37,913 bases of DNA from assembly GCA_040376155.1 (NCBI GenBank), contig JBEIRG010000002.1:1-37913 (forward strand), read 5' to 3'. Both the position numbers and the translations under genes were made by a program. Under the pieces are notes generated by a model. It was given only the letters and a program-made list of their open reading frames with translations, ran no database searches and had not been told where the DNA came from. This document shows positions 27,310-36,449 of the stretch, in pieces; the stretch's first letter is position 1, and the number at the start of each line of letters is the position of its first letter. This DNA comes from Sphaerobacterales bacterium (GTDB lineage Bacteria > Chloroflexota > Chloroflexia > Thermomicrobiales > UBA6265).

Positions 27310-27912
27310 ATGATCGCTGGCGTATGCTCCCCGCCGCCGGACGAGAGGAAACGGGAACTGCCGACGATGCTGCTCGACGTTGAAGACGAAGAGACGATCC
27401 ATCTGCTGCTGCACTATGTCGTTCGGTTGTCGCTGCCGACCGGGCAATTGAAGGTGACCACCAGTCGCGCGACTTACGGCGGGTGGCTTGGACGTTCGAT
27501 CCCTTCGACGTATGGCGGAGCCTATGCGTTTCTCACCCGCACGAAGGAGCACGCGGTGCTGATCCACCTGGAGCGGATCGACCGCTCGAAGCCACGCGCG
27601 CTCGAGGTCGTGGTCGCCGAGGAACTGGTTCACATGCGGGACCGGCTCGATGGCGACCTGAGGCGGCACGCAAAGCACGGGCACGACCGGATCGCGCACA
27701 ACGTCGCCGCGCTGACCGGGGCAAGTCTCGACGAAATCCGAAGCGCCCTGCTGCCGGTCAATCGACGTCCGCTGCGGTACACCTACGAGTGTCCCACCTG
27801 CCGCGGGCAGGTGCGGCGGCGAGTGCGGGGAACGTGGTCCTGCAGCCGGTGTTCATCACGGTTCGACCGCAGGCACGTGCTGCGTCTCGTCGCGGACGAT
27901 GGGGCGCAGTGA
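27310..27912 (+). CDS. SprT-like domain protein with a C-terminal zinc ribbon
   Basis: C-terminal YTYECPTCRGQVRRRVRGTWSCSRCSSRF (CxxC...CxxC ribbon), as in SprT-family proteins. The core reads AEELVHMRD...HAKHGHD, where SprT has HExxH...H. The start is uncertain (ATG 27310 or ATG 27367). Confidence 0.45.
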   Translation: MIAGVCSPPPDERKRELPTMLLDVEDEETIHLLLHYVVRLSLPTGQLKVTTSRATYGGWLGRSIPSTYGGAYAFLTRTKEHAVLIHLERIDRSKPRALEVVVAEELVHMRDRLDGDLRRHAKHGHDRIAHNVAALTGASLDEIRSALLPVNRRPLRYTYECPTCRGQVRRRVRGTWSCSRCSSRFDRRHVLRLVADDGAQ

Positions 27913-27943
27913 CCTGCCTGTCCGTGCATCGGATCGGGAGGGT

Positions 27944-29452
27944 TCAGGCAGGCTCCACGCCGAGCAGATCGACGATGGTTCGCGCGAGGATTTCCGCGCC
28001 GACGGCGATCTGGTCGCGCTCGACGAACTCGTGCGGCTCGTGGGCAAAGGCGCCCGCCGGGCCGTACTCGACGATGCTGCGAATGAGGCCCTGGTTGATC
28101 ATGATCGTGGCGTCCGTGCCGCCAGGGGCGGTTTCGACCCACGGCTCGAATCCGGAAATCTCCGCGCCGTGGCGCAGGATTGGACCGACGAGCGGGTCGT
28201 TCGCTCCGGCCTCCGGGTTGGCGAGAATCGCGCAGGGAGGGCCGCCGCTCAGGACATCGACGCTCAAGGCCTCCGCTGGAAGACCGGTTCGGGACAGCAT
28301 GAAATCGCGCAGGGTTGCGGCAACACGCTCGCGGATGGTGGAGACATCGCCATCGGCAGGCCGGGGGTGGCGACAATCAAGGGTGGCTTCGCACCAATCG
28401 GGCACGACGTTGACGCCACCGCGGGTGACGGTCCGGCTGCCACCCTCGGTGCTGACGGACTGGATGCCCCCTCCGCCAATGGTGGTGCCGATGGCGACGG
28501 TCGCAGGTTCGAGCAGGCCGTCCGCGAAGAGCGGCGCGAGCGCGGCGTTCATGGCGTCGGGATCGGAGGCGAGCGCGTGGAGCGCAGCCGCCATCCGGGT
28601 GACGGCATTGACGCCGAGGTGCGGGGTGGCGGCGTGGGCAGCCTGTCCGGAGGTGCGGACGAGCAACTGGGCGATGCCGCGGTGGCCGACGACCGGGACG
28701 AAGCCGTAGGAGCCGTCGAGGGCAACGCCGAGAATGCCGTCGCGGAGTCCGTCCGGGCCGATCGCGGCGGGGAGCAGGCCGTGACGGTCGAGCCAGCAAC
28801 CGGGGCCGCCGGCAAGCGCCTTCACCCCGGCCATGCCGTCCTCCTCGTCCACGGTAAAGCCGCAGACGAGGGCGCCGCGCAACCGGAGGCGGCGCTCTGC
28901 GAGCGCGCGGGCAAGAGCCACCGTAGCGAGCCAGGCAACGGCGACCGGCCCCTTGTTGTCGAAGCTGCCGCGGCCGTAAATGACGGGAACGGAGGGGATG
29001 CCCCGAGCCTCCCACATTCGGCCGAGGCGTCGGCGCACCGGGCGCTCGACCCGGAGCGATCCGATGTCGAGGCGCACGCGGTCGGCGCCGAGATAGGTAA
29101 CCGTTCCGTTGGCTGCAGAGTATGGGTCACCATCGAGCCACTGGCCGGGATCACCGGGGGGAACGGTGTCGGTATGGGCATCGAGAACGACAACACCTGG
29201 ACCATTGCCGCGAACGACGGCGATGATGTTGTCCCGGCCCGGTTCGACGGTATCCGCGTGTCGCTCGGCGCCCGGCAGGCCCGCGAGGGAATCGAAGAGC
29301 CTTCCCGCTACCGAGGCATGGACGCCAGCCGAGCCTTCGGCGCCGGTGACGCTGGGCGTCTGGATCAGACGGCGAAGCAGCGCGAGCGCCTCCGGTTCGG
29401 AGGCGCTCACGGCGGCATGAAGCGTTTCGTGGAAGTCGTGCGAGTGCGTCAC
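27944..29452 (-). CDS. M20 family metallopeptidase (ArgE/DapE/ACY1/CPG2-like)
   Basis: GTG start 9 nt after CAGAGG. Motifs LDAHTDTVPPG, GRGSFDNKG, TVDEEDG. A C-terminal ...GGTDA... metal ligand region. Confidence 0.75.
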   Translation of the reverse strand: MTHSHDFHETLHAAVSASEPEALALLRRLIQTPSVTGAEGSAGVHASVAGRLFDSLAGLPGAERHADTVEPGRDNIIAVVRGNGPGVVVLDAHTDTVPPGDPGQWLDGDPYSAANGTVTYLGADRVRLDIGSLRVERPVRRRLGRMWEARGIPSVPVIYGRGSFDNKGPVAVAWLATVALARALAERRLRLRGALVCGFTVDEEDGMAGVKALAGGPGCWLDRHGLLPAAIGPDGLRDGILGVALDGSYGFVPVVGHRGIAQLLVRTSGQAAHAATPHLGVNAVTRMAAALHALASDPDAMNAALAPLFADGLLEPATVAIGTTIGGGGIQSVSTEGGSRTVTRGGVNVVPDWCEATLDCRHPRPADGDVSTIRERVAATLRDFMLSRTGLPAEALSVDVLSGGPPCAILANPEAGANDPLVGPILRHGAEISGFEPWVETAPGGTDATIMINQGLIRSIVEYGPAGAFAHEPHEFVERDQIAVGAEILARTIVDLLGVEPA

Positions 29453-29468
29453 GGGCAGCAGCCTCTGG

Positions 29469-30332
<864 letters not shown>

Positions 30333-30696
30333 TTCGGGGTCCTCCCTCAGTGGTGCGGAACGCCGACGCCAACCCATGCAGGGGCGCTCCAGCACGTCTC
30401 GATTGCAATGCGGGGTGGGGCGTCCGGGCGGTGCGGGAGCCCGGAGCGAACGGACATGTGCCTAAGAGGCACCGAGTGTTGGGACCAGACGGATACCCCT
30501 TGCGTCTTTGTCCGTCGAAACGTACCCTACCACAACTCTTGGTGCCGGAGCGGGGAGCGCCGGTTTCAACGGGGACCGAACAACTTGCAGTCAGCACGAT
30601 GCCGCAACGCCATCCTCGCCTGCCGATGACTCGAAGGCGACGATGTTTGGGACCCTAGCGTCGTCCACCTGACCTAGATACCTGGGCGAGGTCGCA

Positions 30697-30957
30697 ATGC
30701 GGTTCATCAGTCTGAACCTGGATCTGGAAGATGCGGCGATTCTGCGGCGAGCGCTGGTCGGTGTTCTGGATCGGCGCACCGGGCCCACGCTGAGCGCGGT
30801 CGATGATGATTACCGCGCGCTGCACGCGATGGTTGGGGAACTCGACAGGCTCATCGACTCGCCCTCACAGCGCCGCCTCGGCGCGGTGGTCAACGGTGCG
30901 CCGGTCGAGCCGGCTTCCCGGCTGACCCTGCTTCAGGGCGGTCTCGCCGAGGACTGA
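30697..30957 (+). CDS. Hypothetical small protein (86 aa)
   Basis: GAGG 5 nt upstream of the ATG. Followed 25 nt later by a strong terminator hairpin. No recognisable motifs. Confidence 0.45.
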   Translation: MRFISLNLDLEDAAILRRALVGVLDRRTGPTLSAVDDDYRALHAMVGELDRLIDSPSQRRLGAVVNGAPVEPASRLTLLQGGLAED

Positions 30958-30982
30958 AGACCGAGAAGGAACAAAGGAACGC

Positions 30983-31013
30983 GGGCGGCGGGAGTAATCC
31001 CGCCGCCCGTTTT
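30983..31013. terminator. Intrinsic terminator shared by convergent genes
   Basis: Perfect 11-bp stem gggcggcggga/tcccgccgccc with loop gtaa, followed by gTTTT on the plus strand. T-containing sequence also follows on the minus strand. Confidence 0.7.
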
Positions 31014-31029
31014 CGCGCGCCCGATGTTC

Positions 31030-32040
31030 TTACCGGGGCGACTGGATCATCGGTGCGACGCGCTGACCCACAAGCTGGGTGGTTTCCTCGTCAAACGGGT
31101 CGAGGGTCTGAACGACGAAATAGGAGACGCCAACGTCGGCGAATCCCTGGTAGTACTCTGCGATCTGTTCCGGCGTTCCGCGGACAAGGTAGGCGCCCCA
31201 GAAGGCATCAAGACCGTTCGGGAAGTAGTGCGCGACCTTCGCGGCGACCTCTTTCTCCGTTTCCGCGGCAATCAGCCAGTGGGTGAAGTGGGACCGAAGG
31301 ATATCGCCGGGATCGCGGCCCGCGACGTTGCAGGCGGCGTCGAGCAGCGCGAGACGAGCCGCGGCGTCAGCCGGGGTGTCGGTGTGGCCAGCGGGTCCGG
31401 GGCCGAAGTTGCAGGCATCCGCGAGGCGGGCAACCTGACCCAGCGTGCGCTTGCCGCCGCCCGCGATGACGAGCGGTGGACCGTCCGGCTGGACGGGTGG
31501 GGGTATAGATGCCTCGTGCGATCGGTAATGATCGCCGGTCCAGGTGAAGGGTTCTCCGCTCCACAGGCCGCGAATGAGCGAGATCGCCTCCTCGAGGGCG
31601 GCCTGCCGCTCGGGGGTTGATGGATAGGGAATGCCCATGCGGTCGAACTCGTTCGCGCCAAGGCCGTAGTCGGCGGCGTTCCAGCCGATGCCGAGCCCGA
31701 GGATGGACCGGCCCCCGCTGAGGTGATCGAGATCGGACTGCAGCCGCGCGGTGACCAGCGGCGTGCGGTAGGGAACGGCAGCGACCATCTGACCGAGGCG
31801 AACCCGCTCGGTCGAGAGCGCGACGGCAGCGAGGTGCATCCAGACGTCGGGCGCCCAGGCCGGATGATCGCCGAGGAAGAAGGCGTCGAATCCATGCCGG
31901 TCCGCGAGTTGTCCCGCGTGAATCAACTGGCGCCCGGGCGGGGGACCGCTCTGGCGGGCGACGGCCTGCAAGGCGAAGCCGATGGTTCCACGCAGGTGTT
32001 CCACCCAGGGGTGGCGGCCGCGAATGGATGCTGTAGGCAT
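31030..32040 (-). CDS. Luciferase-like monooxygenase (LLM) class oxidoreductase, possibly F420-dependent
   Basis: ATG 32040 lies 5-6 nt after AGGAGGA. HGFDAFFLGDHP, GRSILGLGIGWNAADYG, and GTPEQIAEYYQGFADVGVSYFVV are typical of the LLM family. The track ORF is extended upstream to 32256. Confidence 0.75.
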   Translation of the reverse strand: MPTASIRGRHPWVEHLRGTIGFALQAVARQSGPPPGRQLIHAGQLADRHGFDAFFLGDHPAWAPDVWMHLAAVALSTERVRLGQMVAAVPYRTPLVTARLQSDLDHLSGGRSILGLGIGWNAADYGLGANEFDRMGIPYPSTPERQAALEEAISLIRGLWSGEPFTWTGDHYRSHEASIPPPVQPDGPPLVIAGGGKRTLGQVARLADACNFGPGPAGHTDTPADAAARLALLDAACNVAGRDPGDILRSHFTHWLIAAETEKEVAAKVAHYFPNGLDAFWGAYLVRGTPEQIAEYYQGFADVGVSYFVVQTLDPFDEETTQLVGQRVAPMIQSPR

Positions 32041-32189
32041 GTCGATCCTCCTGCGTGATGTGGCGGAAACTCCGGGCCGCCGGAAGGGCGCGGCGCGCCG
32101 CGAATCGTGTGGCGGCCCGGGCAGTCCGTCAAGCGGGGTGGACTCGGGGGAGGCGCTCCCTCCCACCGCGCGCGGTATGCTCCTTTGGC

Positions 32190-32912
32190 ATGGAGACCCG
32201 GCGCTGCCGGGAGGGGAACCGGGAGGAACGTGGCGCAGTGGGAGAGCGGGAGGCATCGGCGGCAGGATTCGGAGCGGCGGACCGGCGGGCGCTGGCGAAG
32301 GCGTCGCCCGTGAAGGAGCATCGCTGGCCCCGGACCGAGCGCAGGCAGGAGCGGATCGCGGGGGTTCTGGCGCGCAGGCAGCCGGATCTCACGGTGGTGC
32401 TCGAAAACGTGCACGATCCGCACAACGTGAGCGCGGTGCTCCGGTCCTGCGACGGGGTGGGCGTGCTGCGGGTGCATACCGTCTACTCCGAGGAGGAGCG
32501 CCCGGATGCGTTTGCGAGGACCACCTCCGCGAGCGCGGCGAAGTGGATGGAGGTCGTGCACCACGACGCCATCGAGGCGTGTTACGACGTGTTGCGTCGG
32601 GACGGCTTCCGGATTCTCGCGACCGCGCTGGAGGGCGACAGTCTCGATCTTTACGAGACGGACCTGACAGCGCCGACGGCCCTCGTATTCGGCAACGAGA
32701 TGCGCGGCATCTCGCGGGCAGCAGGGGAAGGGGCGGACGGCACGCTGTTCATCCCGATGATGGGGATGGTGCAGAGCCTGAACATCTCGGTGGCCTGCGC
32801 GGTGACGCTCTACGAGGCGCTGCGGCAGCGGCGGGTCGCCGGAGCCTATGACGTGCCCAGACTTGATGCAGCGACCCTCATGGGAATGGAAACGGACTGG
32901 CTGAACCGGTAG
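32190..32912 (+). CDS. trmH: SpoU/TrmH-family RNA 2'-O-methyltransferase
   Basis: LTVVLENVHDPHNVSAVLRSCDGVGV, ALVFGNEMRGIS, IPMMGMVQSLNISVACAVTLYE (SPOUT knot motifs). The start is uncertain: ATG 32190, GTG 32238 (after GGGAGGAA) or GTG 32310. Confidence 0.8.
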   Translation: METRRCREGNREERGAVGEREASAAGFGAADRRALAKASPVKEHRWPRTERRQERIAGVLARRQPDLTVVLENVHDPHNVSAVLRSCDGVGVLRVHTVYSEEERPDAFARTTSASAAKWMEVVHHDAIEACYDVLRRDGFRILATALEGDSLDLYETDLTAPTALVFGNEMRGISRAAGEGADGTLFIPMMGMVQSLNISVACAVTLYEALRQRRVAGAYDVPRLDAATLMGMETDWLNR

Positions 32913-32930
32913 CCGCTCATGGTGTTGCGG

Positions 32931-33431
32931 TCAGTCCTGATCCTCGGCGGGCGGCAGTGGAGTCAGGCTCGCGTGTGGCGCGTGGTGCGGTGCGATGAAT
33001 TGAGGTTCCTCGACGTATTTCTTGACGAGGTAGAGGGCGGCCGTCGTCGCGATGGTGGCGACGGCGGCGATCATGAGGAATCCTGCCCCGGTGAGCAAGC
33101 CGACAGCGGCGACGACCCAGATGCCTGCTGCCGTGGTGAGACCGCGGACCTTGCGGCCGGTGGTGAGGATGACCCCGGCGGCGAGGAAACCGATGCCCTG
33201 CACGATGGTCGAAGCCACGCGGCCGGGATCGCTGAGTTCTCCGATGCCTGCCATTTCGCGCGAAATCAGGAGACCCGCAATCATGAACAGCGCCGCGCCC
33301 TGCGAGACGAGCATGTAGGTGCGGATGCCCGCTGGCTTGTCGGCGCGTTCGCGCTCCAGCCCCACGAACGCCCCGAGCAGCATGGCGATTGCCATCCGCT
33401 TCAGGGCCTCGATGTCATCGATGGGGATCAC
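32931..33431 (-). CDS. mgtC: MgtC/SapB family membrane protein
   Basis: GTG 33431 lies 6 nt after GAGGAG. RMAIAMLLGAFVGLERE...GIRTYMLV...IVQGIGFLAAGVIL...GLTTAAGIW is the MgtC signature. The upstream part of the track ORF contains a strong hairpin. Confidence 0.8.
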   Translation of the reverse strand: MIPIDDIEALKRMAIAMLLGAFVGLERERADKPAGIRTYMLVSQGAALFMIAGLLISREMAGIGELSDPGRVASTIVQGIGFLAAGVILTTGRKVRGLTTAAGIWVVAAVGLLTGAGFLMIAAVATIATTAALYLVKKYVEEPQFIAPHHAPHASLTPLPPAEDQD

Positions 33432-33496
33432 GCGGCACTCCTCGCAGACGCTCGGCAATCGGTGGCGGGCGGCGCGGGCAGGAATCCGGGATGGCT

Positions 33497-33530
33497 GCGG
33501 GGTGGAACCGGACACCCGGTTCCACCCCGC
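33497..33530 (-). terminator. Very stable hairpin between the Grx-PDZ gene and mgtC
   Basis: Perfect 15-bp stem gcggggtggaaccgg/ccggttccaccccgc with a 4-nt loop, extendable by 2 pairs, 12 nt after the upstream stop. No U-tract. Confidence 0.45.
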
Positions 33531-33541
33531 GGGATCGGGTG

Positions 33542-34096
33542 CTAGAACTGGAGTCGGGCGATGTGCTCTTCCTTGCCGCGCCAGAAGTGCACGCTCACGC
33601 TGTCACCGGCCTTGAGGGTGTCGATGAGACCATCGAGCTTGCTCATCGTCGGGGTGCGCTTGCCAGCGACGCCGCTGATGACGTCTCCGGGTTCGATCCC
33701 GGCGCGGGCCGCGACGGTGTCCGGGCGAACCTTGCCGACGTAGACGCCCTTGACGCCCTCGGGCAGGCCCGAGGCCTTTTCCGGGTGGCGGGTCAGGTAT
33801 TCGTCGGCATCGGCGGCGAGAATCCCGAGAGGCGGCCGCTTTTCGCCGCCATACTTCTGCGCGAGGCGCATGAAGGCGGCGCGATCGAACCCGAGAATCA
33901 CTTCGCCTTCGGCGACGGTGACCGGGACGCCCTGCTGGCGGCTCAGCTTGACCATTTCCATCGCCGCGTTGTAATCACGGGCGACATCCTTCTCGACGTA
34001 GGGCACATTGTTCTGGCGAAGGAACTCCTTCGCGCGATCGCACCACGGTCAAGTGTCGGTGTAGTAGACCGTGACGGGAGCGGTTTGCTCACTCAT
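33542..34096 (-). CDS. Glutaredoxin-like (YruB/NrdH-type) + PDZ fusion protein with an in-frame TGA at the first redox Cys (candidate selenocysteine, U-P-W-C); alternatively a fresh pseudogene
   Basis: ATG 34096 (GGAG 9 nt upstream) gives MSEQTAPVTVYYTDT-[TGA 34049-34051]-PWCDRAKEFLRQNNVPYVEKDV... This is in frame with the track ORF 33542-34006, whose first codon is an internal GTG. The rest of the Grx fold follows (GVPVTVAEGEVILGFD), then a PDZ (GVYVGKVRPDTVAARAGIEPGDVISGVAGK). Confidence 0.6.
34016..34033 (-). promoter_or_regulatory. SECIS-like stem-loop downstream of the in-frame UGA
   Basis: The mRNA reads GCGAAGG-AGUU-CCUUCGC: a perfect 7-bp stem starting 15 nt after the UGA. The loop begins 22 nt after it, with G as the second loop base. 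Confidence 0.4.
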
Positions 34097-34193
34097 CGTG
34101 TCGTTCTCCTGCTGGTGAGCGCCCAGCGCTCAGGGCATTTCCTGCCGTTATGGTAACAGGCTCAGCTGGCAAGCCGGGAGGTTCGCGTGGGGA

Positions 34194-35810
34194 TCATTCC
34201 CACTCGATGGTCGCCGGTGGCTTGGAGGAGATGTCGTAGACGACGCGGGTAATCCCGCGGACCTCGTTGACGATGCGGTTGCTGGCGCGGGCGAGCAGAT
34301 CGTAGGGGAGGCGCGCCCAGTCGGCCGTCATCGCATCCTCGCTGGTGACGGCGCGCAGGGCGCAAACGCGACCATAGGTTCGGTCGTCGCCCATGACGCC
34401 AACGGACCGGACGGGCAGCAGGACGGCGAACGCCTGCCAGATCTCGGCAGCGAGTCCTGCGGCGTCGAGTTCGGCGCGGAAGATGGCGTCTGCCCGGCGC
34501 AGGAGGTCGAGGTCGTCCGGGGTGATTTCGCCGATGATGCGGACGGCAAGGCCGGGTCCCGGGAAGGGGTGGCGGCCAACGATCTCCTCCGGCAGGCCGA
34601 GCTCCCGGCCAACGGCGCGGACCTCGTCCTTGAAGAGGAACTTCAGCGGTTCGAGCAGTTTGAATTGCATGTCGGCCGGCAGGCCGCCGACATTGTGGTG
34701 GGTCTTGATCTTTGCGGCTGCCTTGGTGTCGGCGGTCGTGGATTCGATGACATCCGGGTAGAGCGTGCCCTGCGCGAGGAACTCGAAGGGGCCGGCTCTT
34801 TCGGCCTCGGCCTCGAAGACGCGGACGAAGGTCTCGCCAATGATCTTTCGCTTCTGTTCCGGATCGGTGACGCCAGCGAGGCGGGACAGGAAGCGATCGC
34901 TCGCATCCACGGCGACGAGGTTCATTCCGAAGTTGCGGGAAAAGACGTCCCGGACGAGATCACCCTCGCCAAGGCGCAGCAGGCCGTTGTCGACGAAGAC
35001 CGGGGTGAGGCGGTCGCCGATGGCGCGATGGATGAGGGCGGCAGCGACCGCCGAGTCGACGCCGCCGCTGAGACCCAGCAGCACGCGGCCCTCGCCGACC
35101 CGGTCGCGGATGTCGCGGACGGCTGCGTCGATGAACGATTCCGCGGTCCAGGTCGTGCGGCACCCGCAGACATTCACGAGGAAGTTCCGGATGACGTCCG
35201 ACCCACGTGGGGTGTGGACGACCTCCGGGTGGAACTGGATGCCCATGGTCGACCCGCGCCCAATGGCGGCGACCGGGGCATTCGGCGTGCTCGCAAGCAC
35301 CGCCCAGCCATCCGGGGCCTGCTCGACGTGATCGCCGTGGCTCATCCAGACGTCGAGGGTTTCGGGCAATCCGGAGAAGAGCGGGCAGGATCGGTCCGAG
35401 ACGGCGATGGTGGCGGGGCCGTACTCCCGCTGATCGGCCGGGGCCACGACGCCGCCGTGCGCGCGGGCGAGGAGTTGCAGACCATAGCAGATGCCGAGGA
35501 CGGGCAGACCCGACGAAAGAACCCAGTCCGGCAACTGGGGCGACCCTTCGCCATACACGCTCGCGGGACCGCCGGAGAGGATGACGCCCCTGGGCCCAAG
35601 GGGGGCGACCTCGTCCCAGGTTACGTCATGCGGCAGGAGTTCACTGTAGACCCCGGCCTCGCGGACGCGGCGGGTGATGAGTTGCGCGTACTGGCTGCCG
35701 AAATCGAGAACGACGACGACATCGAATGCTGCGCCCGATTCGGCGACCAGCGCGGCTGCATCGCCGATGAAGGCATCGAGTTTGGCGTGATCGTGGGCAT
35801 CAGGGGCCAT
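34194..35810 (-). CDS. guaA: GMP synthase (glutamine-hydrolysing)
   Basis: GATase domain [20 protein letters not shown]...ICYGLQLL...HPE. ATP-PPase P-loop [12 protein letters not shown]. Canonical C-terminus [12 protein letters not shown] 35810 chosen; the track ORF extends to 35912. Confidence 0.9.
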   Translation of the reverse strand: MAPDAHDHAKLDAFIGDAAALVAESGAAFDVVVVLDFGSQYAQLITRRVREAGVYSELLPHDVTWDEVAPLGPRGVILSGGPASVYGEGSPQLPDWVLSSGLPVLGICYGLQLLARAHGGVVAPADQREYGPATIAVSDRSCPLFSGLPETLDVWMSHGDHVEQAPDGWAVLASTPNAPVAAIGRGSTMGIQFHPEVVHTPRGSDVIRNFLVNVCGCRTTWTAESFIDAAVRDIRDRVGEGRVLLGLSGGVDSAVAAALIHRAIGDRLTPVFVDNGLLRLGEGDLVRDVFSRNFGMNLVAVDASDRFLSRLAGVTDPEQKRKIIGETFVRVFEAEAERAGPFEFLAQGTLYPDVIESTTADTKAAAKIKTHHNVGGLPADMQFKLLEPLKFLFKDEVRAVGRELGLPEEIVGRHPFPGPGLAVRIIGEITPDDLDLLRRADAIFRAELDAAGLAAEIWQAFAVLLPVRSVGVMGDDRTYGRVCALRAVTSEDAMTADWARLPYDLLARASNRIVNEVRGITRVVYDISSKPPATIEWE

Positions 35811-35922
35811 GGTCACCGGCTGGCGATCCTCTCGCGTGGCCACCTGGGCGGCGAAAGCGCCCTGCTGGCGGCAGATGAAACCATTGTGCCGTGAACCCGC
35901 CGCCGGGGCCATGCACAGGAGG

Positions 35923-36384
35923 TCAGGTTTCCGCGGGGTCCGGGCCGTCGAGCAGCACGTAGGTCCGATCGAACTCCCATTCGGCGATGGTTTCGATCTC
36001 GACCTCGAGCCGGGGATGAAGCGGATCGATCTTTTTCGTCAGGTGAAGATCGACGACGGTTCGGTCATCGAAGCCGAGCGCGCGGCCGAGGGCGTCGAGG
36101 GTGATCTTGAGGCCGCCGTCGAGGTCGCGCCGGTAGGGCGTCTCGAAGTGAAAGGTGAGGTAGACCCCGAGCAGGCTGTCGCCGAGGGCGCGCTCGAGCG
36201 CAGGGGTAACCACTCCCGACCGGCGCAGCCCCTCGATCAGCTTGCCCACGTCCTTGCCGAAGGTCTTCGCGGTCTGGCTGAGCACCCGGCGCTTGCCGAC
36301 CGTAGCGTACTGGTTGTTGACCCCCGGCGGCATCGGCAGGGTGAGCCGGAGCGTGACGGGAGCAGCAGGCTGGTTTGGCGCCAT
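35923..36384 (-). CDS. rusA: RusA-family crossover junction endodeoxyribonuclease (Holliday junction resolvase)
   Basis: 153 aa. PPGVNNQY, and an acidic catalytic cluster [16 protein letters not shown]...[13 protein letters not shown], match the RusA pattern. Confidence 0.65.
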   Translation of the reverse strand: MAPNQPAAPVTLRLTLPMPPGVNNQYATVGKRRVLSQTAKTFGKDVGKLIEGLRRSGVVTPALERALGDSLLGVYLTFHFETPYRRDLDGGLKITLDALGRALGFDDRTVVDLHLTKKIDPLHPRLEVEIETIAEWEFDRTYVLLDGPDPAET

Positions 36385-36449
36385 GCCGAATCCTTCCAGG
36401 CGGGTCGTGCGTCAGGCAGGGAGTGTACGGTCCGCGGTCAGCATCATGG

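Noticed and set aside
33542-34006. Treating the 154-aa track ORF as a complete stand-alone gene starting at GTG 34006
   Set aside because: The upstream 90 nt are in frame, have a good SD + ATG, and encode the missing beta1/CxxC part of the same glutaredoxin fold. They are interrupted only by one TGA. The short ORF would be a truncated fold.
34569-35894. 441-aa plus-strand ORF
   Set aside because: Antisense to guaA, which is unambiguous.
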